From positions 42,250 to 106,249 of the forward strand of contig CAVTUQ010000030.1 of NCBI GenBank assembly GCA_963737905.1: a stretch of DNA of 64,000 nucleotides, given 5' to 3'. The stretch's first letter is position 1, and each line of letters starts with the position of its first letter. This stretch comes from an uncultured delta proteobacterium (lineage in GTDB: Bacteria; Desulfobacterota; Binatia; UBA9968). Below are positions 51,978 to 62,468 of this stretch, piece after piece. Under the pieces are notes generated by a model. It did not search any database, had not been told where the DNA came from, and saw nothing but the letters and a program-made list of their open reading frames with translations. The position numbers and the translations under genes are program-made.

Positions 51978-52364
51978 ATGGAAAGATTCATCGAGGTAGC
52001 TAAGGTTAAAGATATACAGCCCGGCGGAGCGGGACTGATTCACTTTGGATACCAGAGCATCGCCATATTCAATGTCGGGGGAGCATTCTACGCCACCGAC
52101 GAATACTGTACCGGCGATGGGGGATCACTCTCCGAGGGTACACTCATGGGCACCACGATCATATGTTCAGCGGATCGCTGTACCTATTATCTCCCAACGG
52201 GTGAATGTTTGGATGCAACCACAAAGCCGCTGACTACCTACGCTGTCCACATCCATGGAGATCTGATTAAAATTGACCGGGACGAGATTAAGCGGAAACT
52301 CTTTCCGGTCATTGAGCGCCGGAGCTTGAACGATTCGCTTTGGCTTGCAGACATGAGGATCTGA
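51978..52364 (+). CDS. Rieske-fold ferredoxin-like protein lacking both His ligands (NirD-like)
   Basis: IAIFNVGGAFYATDEYCTGDGGSLSEG..IICSAD..YYLPTGEC. Confidence 0.75.
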   Translation: MERFIEVAKVKDIQPGGAGLIHFGYQSIAIFNVGGAFYATDEYCTGDGGSLSEGTLMGTTIICSADRCTYYLPTGECLDATTKPLTTYAVHIHGDLIKIDRDEIKRKLFPVIERRSLNDSLWLADMRI

Positions 52365-52365
52365 G

Positions 52366-52941
52366 GTGATCTCGGAGGATAAGAAGTTGAGTTACCTGCC
52401 GATTCTTTTAAGACTTCGGGACCGCCCTTGCGTAGTGGTGGGGGGCGGGGTAGCCGCCACAAGAAAGGTCGAAGCATTGCTAAAAGCCGACGCGAGGCTG
52501 ACAGTCATCAGCCCGCATGTCACAGAGGTTATCGAAAGGCTTGCCGCAGCCGGCCATTTGCAGTTGGTTAGCAGGCCCTATGCCAGGGGCGATCTCAGAG
52601 GCTTTTATCTGGGCTACGCGGCGACCGGACTCTCCGCTCTCGATGAACAAATAGCCAGGGATGCGGAATCTGAGCACGTATTGTTGAGCGTGGCGGACCG
52701 GCTGTCGCTCGGCGACTTTCTCAGCCCACCGATTATTCAAAGAGGCGACCTCACTATAGCCGTTTCAACGAATGGGAGAAGCCGCGGCTTTGCCCAGCTT
52801 ATGAAGAAAAAATTGGAGCGTCTGATCGGTCCCGAATATGGAGATCTACTCGATATCGTGGAGACTGAACGTTTGGTTACGAAGCGCCCAAACTCGTCTG
52901 CGAAATCCGAGAGATCCCTGCCCAACGAAGCAGCGTCCTAA
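52366..52941 (+). CDS. Precorrin-2 dehydrogenase / sirohydrochlorin ferrochelatase (CysG N-terminal, SirC/Met8-like)
   Basis: YLPILL, VVVGGGVAATRK, AATG, VAD, IAVSTNG. Confidence 0.85.
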   Translation: MISEDKKLSYLPILLRLRDRPCVVVGGGVAATRKVEALLKADARLTVISPHVTEVIERLAAAGHLQLVSRPYARGDLRGFYLGYAATGLSALDEQIARDAESEHVLLSVADRLSLGDFLSPPIIQRGDLTIAVSTNGRSRGFAQLMKKKLERLIGPEYGDLLDIVETERLVTKRPNSSAKSERSLPNEAAS

Positions 52942-53038
52942 CCGAGATAGTTCAAGATTCAACGTTCGAAACGAGTTGAAGACCTTGACATCGATCGACA
53001 CCAGTGTCGTATTTTCCTCTGAAGATCAATAAACCCAG

Positions 53039-53927
53039 CTACGCCTCCGCCTTGACGCGTAATTCCATCTGACCGATCTTCTCAATTGTTCCTGTGAGAT
53101 GATCACCGTCGTTGAGCTTGCTCACGCCGGCGGGCGTTCCGGTCGTGATCAGATCCCCCGGCCGGAGGGTCAGGCAGCTCGTGAGAAACCGGATATGTTC
53201 ACGCAGACCGCAAATCATGTCGCTCGTGTGCGCCGTCATGACTTCTTTCCCATTTTGTAGGACCTTGATCGAAAGATTTTGCGGCTCATCAATTTCGTCC
53301 CGGGTCACGATCCACGGCCCCAATGCACTAAAGGTATCAAACCCTTTACGAATATTGCGTGTGTTGTGCATGCCCTTACCCCAGGGGTCGCGCTGGCTGA
53401 TGTCCCAGCAAATCGTGTAACCGAATACATAATTGAGCGATTGCTCCTCGGTGATTTTCCGCGCTCGTTTGCCTATCACCGCGCAAAGTTCGCATTCGAA
53501 ATCAACCAGCTTCGAGATTTTTGGGAGAATAATCGTGTCACCGGGACCGATGATCGATGAAGTGGTCTTAAGAAAGAACTCCGCCATCAAGTCATCCTTG
53601 TTCTTGATCTCCTTGTTCGCGCTGCCCATCCGATCGACCATTTCCGCGCGGTGCGCGTAGTAATTCGCGGCGGCCGCCCATAGAGAACCGGGGTTTGTTA
53701 TCGGGGCGAGCAGTTTCACGGAGCTCAGATCGATACCCCCGGTTCCGGAGGAAGCATCGCGGGCAATCTGCATCGCCGCGGGATTGTTGGCAAGCGCGTC
53801 GATAATTTCGAGCATAGTGTAACCCTGGCGAGCTAAACCCGCCTTAATTCAACGCGTCGCCAATGTTATGAACCTTATCGCCGACGACCGCGCCGGCTTG
53901 ATTATTATTGTAATGGCATATCTTCAT
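53039..53927 (-). CDS. Fumarylacetoacetate hydrolase family protein (frameshift ~53850)
   Basis: NYYAH, FFLK, DFECELCAVIG, DISQRD, RKGFDTF, TGTPAGV. N-terminus MKICHY... lies in another frame from 53927. Confidence 0.88.
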
Positions 53928-54175
53928 GTTTGCCTCCGCTTCTCAAATTCAAAGACTTTCCCCTCATACCTGAAGGTCTCGATAAAGTCCAACACGTCGC
54001 CGGCAAAATTCGCTACTCAAAATCCGAAATTCGAAAGAATTTCCGATCCTCAAAAATCAGAAGGTTCCTCCCTCGACACTCTACCCTCGACCCTCGTGTG
54101 CGTTTGACGACAGTCACCCCGCCGTCGTATTTAGAAGCGGGCGATCTTAAACATGCGAGAAGGAGCAAACAGGGT

Positions 54176-55215
54176 ATGCTGAATCTAACGGTAGCGGTTA
54201 CGAGGAATCTCCGCTTTGAGCCGCTCATCGATGGCACCATCACCTCGAAAATTCTTAATCTCCAATTCGTAGTTACCACGCCGCCAGAGCTTTTCTACCG
54301 TAACCTCAAATACGACGAGTTCGACGTTTTCGAAATGTCTCTCTCCGAACTGGCGATCTCTCGTGAGCAAAGCCCAGGCACGCGATGGCAGTGGAGCGCT
54401 CTGCCCGATATTTCCCGCCAAAGCTTTTCTGTGGTCTGGACTTTACGTGAACCGCCAAGCCGGCATCCGAGGCATCGGCGACTTGCGGGGCAAGCGCGTG
54501 GGCGTGCCGGATTATGCGATGACCGCCGCGCTATGGTTCCGTTCTTTCTTGAAAGAACTTTACGGGATCAAGCCGCAGGAGGTATCCTGGTACATCGGCC
54601 GGCTGAAACAATTCAGCCACGGCGCCATACTCGGGATCGACAAGGATCCTCCGGCCGGTGTTTCGCTGAACTGGTTGACCGAGGAACAAACCTTTGATCG
54701 CATGTTGGACCGCGGCGATCTGGACGCCGCCTACAGCATCGTGCCCAGCCACGACCCCAAGTTGCAGACATTTGGCAACAATATCGACCGTTATGGGGGA
54801 ACGCGAGATCGCTGGCAATCCCCGCCTGCGAAAATTGTTTGCAGATGGGGGCCGCCAATTGATTATCGACTATTTCCGGAAAGACCGGCATCGTGCCAGC
54901 TAATCATACGATTGCCGTCCAAAAGCGTTTGCTCAACGAGCATCCCTGGTTGGCGCTGGAGCTATTCAAGCTCTTCCAAGAGGCTAAACAGGTTGCATAC
55001 GAAAACGCGAAACGCTGGAGCGCGGCTTATTTTTATTTCGAAGGCAACGACGCAGCTAGCCAAGCTAATCTCTTTGGAGACGATCCCTATCCCTATGGCA
55101 TCAAGGACAATCGCAGGATGTTGGAGTTCCTTTCCGCAACTCCCACGAGGAGGGGCTAACCCACGAGCCCGCTCGGGTAGAGGACATTTTCCACCCAACC
55201 ACCTTGGACACTTGA
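54176..55215 (+). CDS. 4,5-dihydroxyphthalate decarboxylase (Pht5)-like protein; multiple frameshifts
   Basis: PLIDG, EFDVFEMSLS, PIFP..F, DLRGKRVGVPDYAMTAALW, PANHTI, FGDDPYPYGI across three frames. Confidence 0.75.
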
Positions 55216-55268
55216 ACCGTATTTCACTTCGTTTCGCAGAAGCCTATCCTTAGGCGAAGGAGACGCCT

Positions 55269-56372
55269 ATGAGCAGTAAATTTCCGACAATCGATGCCGA
55301 CGGCCATCTCGAAGAGGTGCACATCAACTGGAAAGAACGAGTCTCCGAGAAATATCGGCGCATGGCTCCGGAAGAGCGTCCGGCAAGCGACAGCCATTTG
55401 CGACTCACGTTGGAAGGCAAGCCCTGGCCAAAACCCAAGCGGACCTGGGCATCGGCGTGGGCGGACCGTACCGTAAATCCGCATCCTCGACGCGAAGGAA
55501 TGAAGAATCCTAAGGCGCGCCTTGTTGACATGGACAGCGAAGGCATCGATGTGGCCGTGCTCTTCGGAGGGTGGGATTGCGGGGACTATTCCGGCGCTTG
55601 AGGACGCTGCCTTGGCCAACGAACTGGCTCGCGCGCGCAACACCTGGGTGGCGGAATATTGCGCGGAAAATCCTGCGCGTCTAAAGGGGACGGCGGTGCT
55701 GCCGCAACAAGATATCCGGCGGCGGCAGTGGCTGAGCTTAGACGCGCTGTAACCGATCTCGGATTCGTCGGCGTCTCGCTTTTGCCCAATCTGCGCGGGC
55801 GTCACATGGGTGATCCTTATTTCTTTCCTATTTACGAAGAGGCAGAGCGCCTCAACATTCCCTATTTGCGTCCACATGTTCCTGGGCCGTTATGGATCAG
55901 AGGCAACCGGTACTCTGCGTGTCGATAAGTTTTTTTATTCCCACCTGTTCGGACATACTTTTGAACAGATGATTGCTCTTGCGTCGTCTTAGGGGAAGGA
56001 GCTGTTGGACCGCTTTCCAAATCTTCGCTTTGTGTTTTTAGAATCGGGCTGCCGGCTGGCTGCCCTATTGGTTCTATCGTTTGGACGAGCATTATGAAGT
56101 CCTGGGCAATCAGGTGCCGGAACTCAAGACATGCCGAGCAAGCTTCTGGAGCGCGGGCAGCTGTACTTTTCCTGCGAGGCCGATGAGACGGAAATTCCCC
56201 GAGTTATCGAAACCATCGGAGATGACTGGATCGTCTTCGCCTCGGATTACAGCCATTTCGACAGCCGTTTCCCCGGCGCTTCTCAACCCATTATTGAGAA
56301 CGACAGATCAGTGACTCATCCAAGCGCAAGATCCTCAACGACAACGCCCGGCGGCTCTATTCACTGGGCTAG
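55269..56372 (+). CDS. Amidohydrolase_2 family protein; multiple frameshifts
   Basis: IDADGHL, RLVDMDSEGIDVAVLF, ARNTW, FPIYEEAERL, FASDYSHFD in successive frames. Confidence 0.78.
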
Positions 56373-56384
56373 AAAGGGCAATTC

Positions 56385-57334
56385 ATGTCGCGAACAGGTC
56401 GATGCTTTTTCGAGAGTTGGAGTCGCGTTGATCATCGTACATGCTGTCTTTCGATAACGCGCTCGCCGAGAACATCAAGATCGGCATTCCCTCGTTAACC
56501 GTGACCATGATGCCGGTCGCGGTCGCAAAGGAACAGGGCTTCTTCCAAAATGAGGGACTCAACGTTGAAATGGTGCTCATGCCCGCGTCTCTGAACATCA
56601 AAGTACTTCTGAGCGGTGACATCCAATATGCCACAACCATAACCTCCGGGGTCGTGGCTAACGTGCGCGGGGTCAACACGCGAGTCGTGATGTGCTTTGT
56701 CGATCGGCCGCTACTCGACCTCGTTGGGAACCCAGAGATCAACTCGATCGCAGACCTGAAAGGAAAGTTGGTCGGAATCTCTTCCCGGGGGGGATTGCAC
56801 GATGTCACGATGCGACGCATCTTCACGCAATCGGGGATGGATCCTTCGCAAGCGACCTTCATCACCGTCGGAGAGCAGGGCGCGATGTTGACCGGAGTGA
56901 AAACCGGACGGATCTCAGCCGGATTGCTCAACCCGCCCCACAATTTTCTCGCTTACCGGGAGGGACTCAAAAATTTGGGATTCGCCGGAGACTTCTTTCG
57001 CGCTCCGAGCACGGGCATCGTAACTATGCGGGAAACTTTAGAACGTTCTCCGGAACAAGTCCGGCGCCTGACCCGCGCGTTAACCCGCGCGCGGGCGTTT
57101 GCCAGAGAAAACAAACCCGCCACGGTCGCCATCTTGAAGCGCTTTGTCAGACTACAAGATGAAGACTTAGTCTCGAAAATTTATGACTACCACAGGAAGG
57201 CCGAGACACCGGACGGCAAAGTTGACATGGCCCTAGCCAGTGAAACCGTCCGCGACGTCCGTCAAACCGAAGGAATCACGAAGGAGATTCCGGTTAACCA
57301 GGTATTCGACTTCTCATACCTACCCCCACGCTGA
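56385..57334 (+). CDS. NMT1/THI5-type ABC solute-binding protein (5' end frameshifted)
   Basis: PVAVAKEQGFFQNEGL, DLKGKLVG, VFDFSYL. Confidence 0.82.
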
Positions 57335-57347
57335 GTTCCCGAATCAA

Positions 57348-57450
57348 AGGTTCAAGATGTTCAAGCAGTTCCAGCCGTTCCAAACGTCACTGCGCCGAAC
57401 AAAACTCAAAACGACTTGAACGGTTTGAACTTTTTGAACGGCTTGAACTG
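57348..57450. repeat. Inverted TTGAAC-core repeat array between convergent genes
   Basis: gttcaagat gttcaagca gttccagcc gttccaaac ... ttgaacggt ttgaacttt ttgaacggc ttgaactg. Possible bidirectional terminator or RNA-stabilising hairpin. Confidence 0.8.
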
Positions 57451-57455
57451 CAGCA

Positions 57456-58484
57456 CTATCTGAGTTCCGGCATCACGCGCTCTGCGAATAGTCGGATATT
57501 CTTCATTGCCATTTCCTGCGGCATGCCGCCGAAGTGGAATGTGCCTGAGATAGTCGTCAAACCGGCCGATTCGCGCCATTTCTGAATCGTGTCGACGCAG
57601 CGCTCGGGATCCCCCGCGATCACAAACCCCTCGGTTATCTGAGTCTTGGCGTCGCGCTGGATGAGTAGCCCTGCTTCCTTGCGATCGGTGTCCGCCGCGT
57701 GGTGCACCTCGAGATAGTTTTCTAAGTAAGGCGACGCCTCTTCCACCGCCTGAGCCAAGCTGCTCGACACGTAGATATGAAACTTTCCAAGCACATCGGT
57801 TGCCGTAAAGTCATGCCCGGCCTTGGCCAGTCCATGGCGATAAGCTCTCACGAATCCGGGCAAGCATCTGTGGGTCGCGGTAGAGATACGGCAAGGTCAT
57901 CAAGTGGTAACCGTTTTCACCAGCCCAGCGAAACGAATCTTCGCTGCGTGCGCAACCCGACCCAGATCGGCGGATGCGGGCGTTGCACCGGCTTCGGAAG
58001 GACGGGGACGTTGTTGACGTTGTAGAACTCGCCTTTGAAGTTGACCGGCTTATCGGACCAGGCTTGCCGAATGATTTCCATTCCTTCGACCATCCGTCCC
58101 GGTAGATTCTTCCTGGCGAACGCCCAGCTTTCGGTACTCATGAGCCTCGCTGCCCTTTCCCACGCCAAAGTCCAAACGCCCGTTGGAGACAACATCCACC
58201 ATCGCGTAGGACTCCGCCACATCGAGCGGATTGTGTAGCGGCAACACGTTGATGGCGACGCCCAAACGAATCCGTTTCGTCGTGCGCGCGATTGCCGACA
58301 GAAAGGTCGGCGGATGCGGCAAAGTGCCACCGTACATGGCGAAATGATGCTCCGTGACCCAAACATGATCGTAACCAAGCCGATCCATCTCCTCCATTTG
58401 GCTAAACATCCGCTGATAAAACTCATTGATGGGCCCGTCCAGATCCGGCACATAAGTCGGCAGATAGTGAGCCCCAAATTTCAT
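57456..58484 (-). CDS. LLM-class flavin-dependent oxidoreductase; frameshifted (~58105, ~57955-57860)
   Basis: GYDHVWVTEHHF, IRLGVAI..PLHNP, GRLDFGVGKG, PKPVQRPHPPIW, IAGDPE, RLFAERVMP. Confidence 0.85.
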
Positions 58485-58644
58485 TGCGTTACGATCCATC
58501 TCAGGTCAATTCCTCCGGTAATTCGAATGTAGCCATTTAGAATAAATAGCGAAGCCCCGGCTGTCAACGCAGGTGTGCTCCGGGAGAGACTAGAGGTTAA
58601 CCGTGCCAAAAAACCCGTTTTTCTGCTAGCTCGCGTTTTCAGGA

Positions 58645-58840
58645 ATGAAGACCCCGCCGCAAGCAGCGCGGTATCGAAAGGCCTTTATGACAATTTGTCC
58701 GAACCTCGTCACCCCCGAATGTTTTAATCGGGGGTCCAGATCCGGACTCGCCTGGATTCCCGCTTAAAGCATGCGGGAATGACGGACCTCGGATTGTCTG
58801 ACGCCGCAAGCAGCCGGGAATCAAACCCGGAGTAGTTGAG
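58645..58840. mobile_element. ~200 bp composite MITE-like element, copy 2
   Basis: Same module order as 41325-41530, including gtcacccccgaatgt.ttaatcgggg(g)tccag and ctggattcccgct.a.agcatgcgggaatgac. Confidence 0.7.
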
Positions 58841-58854
58841 TTGATGACGATTGA

Positions 58855-59829
58855 CTATTTAATCCCTAGCTCCTTGTCGACTTCGCGTTGAATGGTGAAG
58901 TCAAACACGCTCGAAGGAGCTACGGCCTGCGGTAATTTGAGAATCTGGGCATCGAGAATCAGATACTCCTTGATCTCGTCCTCAGTGGGAATGCCCGTCA
59001 CAGTGAATGCGGGTTTCGCTAAACGGTACGACTCCAGGGCAGTCGCCACGTCGGTGTTCCACATCTTCGCGAGCATTTCACTCACCTCTTTTTCATTCTG
59101 CTCAAAATAACGAGCTGCCTTAGATTTGGCGCGGAGAAGCTTCTTCACCAGATCCGGTTTTTCCTGCAAAGTCTTCACGCCGACCGCCAAGCCGTTTTGA
59201 ATGCTAGCGTATTTGTCGACTGCGCTGTCCAGAACATTCATCTTGTATTTGTCACGCGCAAGCAGAACCCACGGCGGGCTGATCGCCGCAACCTGGACTG
59301 TGTTGCTGATCAAACCCTGAAGGTGCCGGCTCTCCTCTCCGCCCGCAATCGTCGTCAGATCCTTGTCGGGATCGAGGCCGGCCAAGCTGATCATTTTTTT
59401 CGCCGCGGTATGCTGGCTGCCGCCGATCGTGGCCGTGGCCAACACTTTTCCCTTGAGATCCTTCACCGACCGATACTCGGGTCGACTGACCAGCCAAAAA
59501 ATCGGACGGCGAAGACTGACGGAGACCACGCGCAATGGCGCGCCGCGCTGGATCGCCCGGATGGCGCTCCCGATGGAGCTCAATCCGGTCAACTCGCCGG
59601 TTACCCCGGCGGCGATCGCCGTATTCGCCGACATTTGCACCAGCAGAGGTTCCAATCCCTCTTCTTGAAAGAATTTTTTTTCCTTGGCGATGAAAAACTC
59701 AATGGAGGTAATCCCGCTGCTTGAATAACTGAGGGTTACCTTTTGAAGCGGCGTTTGGGCGAGTACCGGGTTTTCCTCCAATGAAAAGACAGTTATCAAT
59801 AACAAACAAATCAAGATGGTTTTTCTCAT
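58855..59829 (-). CDS. NMT1/THI5-type ABC solute-binding protein
   Basis: Signal peptide, IAKEKKFFQEEGL, DLKGKVL, GLDPDKD, VFDFTIQREV. Confidence 0.88.
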   Translation of the reverse strand: MRKTILICLLLITVFSLEENPVLAQTPLQKVTLSYSSSGITSIEFFIAKEKKFFQEEGLEPLLVQMSANTAIAAGVTGELTGLSSIGSAIRAIQRGAPLRVVSVSLRRPIFWLVSRPEYRSVKDLKGKVLATATIGGSQHTAAKKMISLAGLDPDKDLTTIAGGEESRHLQGLISNTVQVAAISPPWVLLARDKYKMNVLDSAVDKYASIQNGLAVGVKTLQEKPDLVKKLLRAKSKAARYFEQNEKEVSEMLAKMWNTDVATALESYRLAKPAFTVTGIPTEDEIKEYLILDAQILKLPQAVAPSSVFDFTIQREVDKELGIK

Positions 59830-60049
59830 AATATACCCCGTTGTGTTTTCTCTTTCAGGCATTTTTATTTTATCGCGTTATCTTTGAGTCGCGCGCTGGC
59901 GCGCTCTTCACGGCTGGGGATTCTAGTTTGGATGGTCTAGCGAAGCAAGACGCTTTGGAATTCCCGCACGCCATTCCTCCGGCTCAGCGACGGTCCCCAC
60001 TCTCATTTGCTTTTCCCCGTGAACTTCAGTCGTGGCTAATATTTTCATA

Positions 60050-60182
60050 TTGACAACAAAGCGTTTGCTCGGTTACCCTCCGGTGCAAGATCGGCCCCGT
60101 TGATAGAACCGCAGTCGAAAACGACTTGCGGGCTCGATCGGTCAACCGCTTGCACTGTCGCCCAATAACCGAAAGAGGAGGA
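60050..60182 (+). promoter_or_regulatory. sigma70-like promoter followed by a nested-hairpin leader
   Basis: TTGACA at 60050, TACCCT at 60074. Nested pairs gtgcaag/cttgcac, gttga/tcaac, ccgca/tgcgg, gtcg/cgac. RBS GAGGAGG follows. Confidence 0.5.
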
Positions 60183-60186
60183 GATT

Positions 60187-62094
60187 ATGAGCAATCAGAA
60201 CATCGACCGCCGTTCTTTTTTGAAAGGTGCCGCAGCCACCGCGGCCACGGTCATCGGTAGCAATCTAGCGTCCGGAACCCAACTCGCCGCCAATGCTGCA
60301 GCGGCCCAATCCGACAATTCCAACGCAGAGGCTCACGGTTCGGGCCGATCCTCGGAAAAAATCATCGCCAGGCCCGGCTCTGACTTTATGGTCGATGTCA
60401 TCAAGGCCACCGGCATCGAGTACATCGCTTCTAATCCGGGATCGAGCTTCCGCAGTTTGCAGGAGTCGATCATTAACTACGGCGATAACAAAAAGCCGGA
60501 GTTCCTGACCTGTATGCACGAGGAATCGTCCGTCGGCATGGCGCAAGGCTATGCCAAGGCGGCGGGCAAACCCATGGGTATCATGGCGCACGGGACTGTC
60601 GGGCTGCAGCACGCGACGATGGCGGTTTATAATGCCTGGTGTGACCGGGTTCCGGTCGTTATGTTCGCCGGCAATTTCATGGACGCCGACAAACGCCGGC
60701 CGGGCGTAGAGTGGTATCATTGTGTTCAAGATCCGGCAGCGTTGTTGCGCGATTTCATCAAATGGGACGACCAGCCGGTGTCGCTCCAGCATTTCGCCGA
60801 ATCGGTCATGCGCGCCTATAAGATCGCCACTACGGTACCCATGGGGCCAGTGCTCATCAGCGCCGATGGAGACCTGGCGGAAGAACCGGTGCACGACGAA
60901 AAGAAGCTGCGTATGCCTAAGCTCACGCTGTCAATTCCACCGCAGGGCGACAGCGGTGCGGTAGCCGAAGCGGCCAAGCTGCTCGTCGCAGCCGATCACC
61001 CGGTGATTTTGGCCGACCGTGCTTGCCGCTCGCAGGAGGGTATGCAGCGCTTGGTTGAGCTCGCCGAAGCATTGAATGCGCCGGTGGTCGATATCGGCGG
61101 CCGGATGAATTTTCCCACCAGCCATTATCTTTGCCGTAGCGCAGATCGTCGCTCGCTGGTGGGCCAAGCCGACGTTGTTCTGCTTTTGGAGGTGGCAGAT
61201 TCTTGGGGGCAGTTTAATACCATCAGCGACCCGCACCACGAATACCGGCGGCTCGCTAAGCCCGACGTTAAAATCATCCACATCTCCCTCGGCGACACCC
61301 TGACAAAATCGAACTACCAAGACATGCAGCGTTTCATGCCGGTGGATCTGCCAATCTCCGGCGACGCCCAGGCGACGTTGCCAGCATTGATCGAGGCGGT
61401 GAAGAACGCGACCACCTTGATGCGGCGCGGAGCGCTCACTGACCGCGCGGCGAAGCTTCGCGAAGACCACCGCCGCATGAAAGATCGAGCGCGCGCTGCG
61501 GCAAGCCAGGGCTGGGACGCCAGCCCGTGCAGCACGGCGCGCGTTTCCGCGCAGCTGTACAACATCATCAAAAACGATAAATGGTGTCTCGCCGTATCCA
61601 GCGTGCAGTGGAACCGGAATCTCTGGCCGGCTACGGAGTATCATAATTTCATCGGTGGCTCCGGAGGTGCCGGACAGGGCTATGGCGCGCCCGCCGCCGT
61701 CGGCGCGGCTCTCGCCAACCGGGACAAGGGCATTGTCACTATCTCGATCGAGGGGGACGGCGACTTGATGTATGCGCCGGGCTCACTCTGGACCGCGGCG
61801 CACCACAAGATTCCGCTGCTGATGGTGGTGCATAACAATCGCGCCTATCACCAGGAGGTGATGCACCTGCAAAAAATGGCCGCCCTGCACAATCGCCGTA
61901 TGGACACGGCGGCCATCGGCACGACCATCGAAAACCCCAACATCGACTTCGCCAAGCTCGCGCAATCCATGGGCGTGCACGGCGAAGGGCCGATCAGTGA
62001 CCCGGCGGCCATCGGTCCGGCGCTATCCCGCGCTCTTGCCGTGGTAAAGCGCGGGGAGCCGGCGCTGGTCGATGTAGTTTCTCAAGGGCGCTGA
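60187..62094 (+). CDS. ThDP-dependent enzyme (benzoylformate decarboxylase/ALS superfamily) with a twin-arginine signal peptide
   Basis: DRRSFLKG plus hydrophobic stretch, NPGSS, MHEE (catalytic Glu), GDGDLMY...HNNRAY ThDP motif. Confidence 0.92.
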   Translation: MSNQNIDRRSFLKGAAATAATVIGSNLASGTQLAANAAAAQSDNSNAEAHGSGRSSEKIIARPGSDFMVDVIKATGIEYIASNPGSSFRSLQESIINYGDNKKPEFLTCMHEESSVGMAQGYAKAAGKPMGIMAHGTVGLQHATMAVYNAWCDRVPVVMFAGNFMDADKRRPGVEWYHCVQDPAALLRDFIKWDDQPVSLQHFAESVMRAYKIATTVPMGPVLISADGDLAEEPVHDEKKLRMPKLTLSIPPQGDSGAVAEAAKLLVAADHPVILADRACRSQEGMQRLVELAEALNAPVVDIGGRMNFPTSHYLCRSADRRSLVGQADVVLLLEVADSWGQFNTISDPHHEYRRLAKPDVKIIHISLGDTLTKSNYQDMQRFMPVDLPISGDAQATLPALIEAVKNATTLMRRGALTDRAAKLREDHRRMKDRARAAASQGWDASPCSTARVSAQLYNIIKNDKWCLAVSSVQWNRNLWPATEYHNFIGGSGGAGQGYGAPAAVGAALANRDKGIVTISIEGDGDLMYAPGSLWTAAHHKIPLLMVVHNNRAYHQEVMHLQKMAALHNRRMDTAAIGTTIENPNIDFAKLAQSMGVHGEGPISDPAAIGPALSRALAVVKRGEPALVDVVSQGR

Positions 62095-62114
62095 CACTTA
62101 GAGGAGGAGCCAGA

Positions 62115-62468
62115 ATGTATAAGCTAGTTTCAGCCGCGTTATTGGCGTTGGCCGCGTCCACTGTGTTCGCACAAGACCCGCCACCCCCGGGTTCCGCCGA
62201 CCGCGGCCAACAGGCCTTTATGAAGTATATGTGCTATACATGTCACGGCACCGTTGGCCAGGGCGCCGACCGGGGCACGGGTCCTAAACTGGCGCCGGGG
62301 ATGCTTCCTTACGCAGCCTTTGCGCTCCAGGTGCGTACGCCGCGTCTCGACATGCCGCCCTACCGCCAACAATTTCTGAGCGACCAGGAACTCGCCGATA
62401 TCTACGCTTACCTCTCGTTGACCAAACCGTCGCCCGCGGCGAAGGATATTCCGCTGCTCAACTTCTAA
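62115..62468 (+). CDS. Monoheme c-type cytochrome
   Basis: Sec signal ending VFA-Q, CYTCH heme motif, distal Met in DMPPY, LSDQELADIYAYL. Confidence 0.92.
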   Translation: MYKLVSAALLALAASTVFAQDPPPPGSADRGQQAFMKYMCYTCHGTVGQGADRGTGPKLAPGMLPYAAFALQVRTPRLDMPPYRQQFLSDQELADIYAYLSLTKPSPAAKDIPLLNF

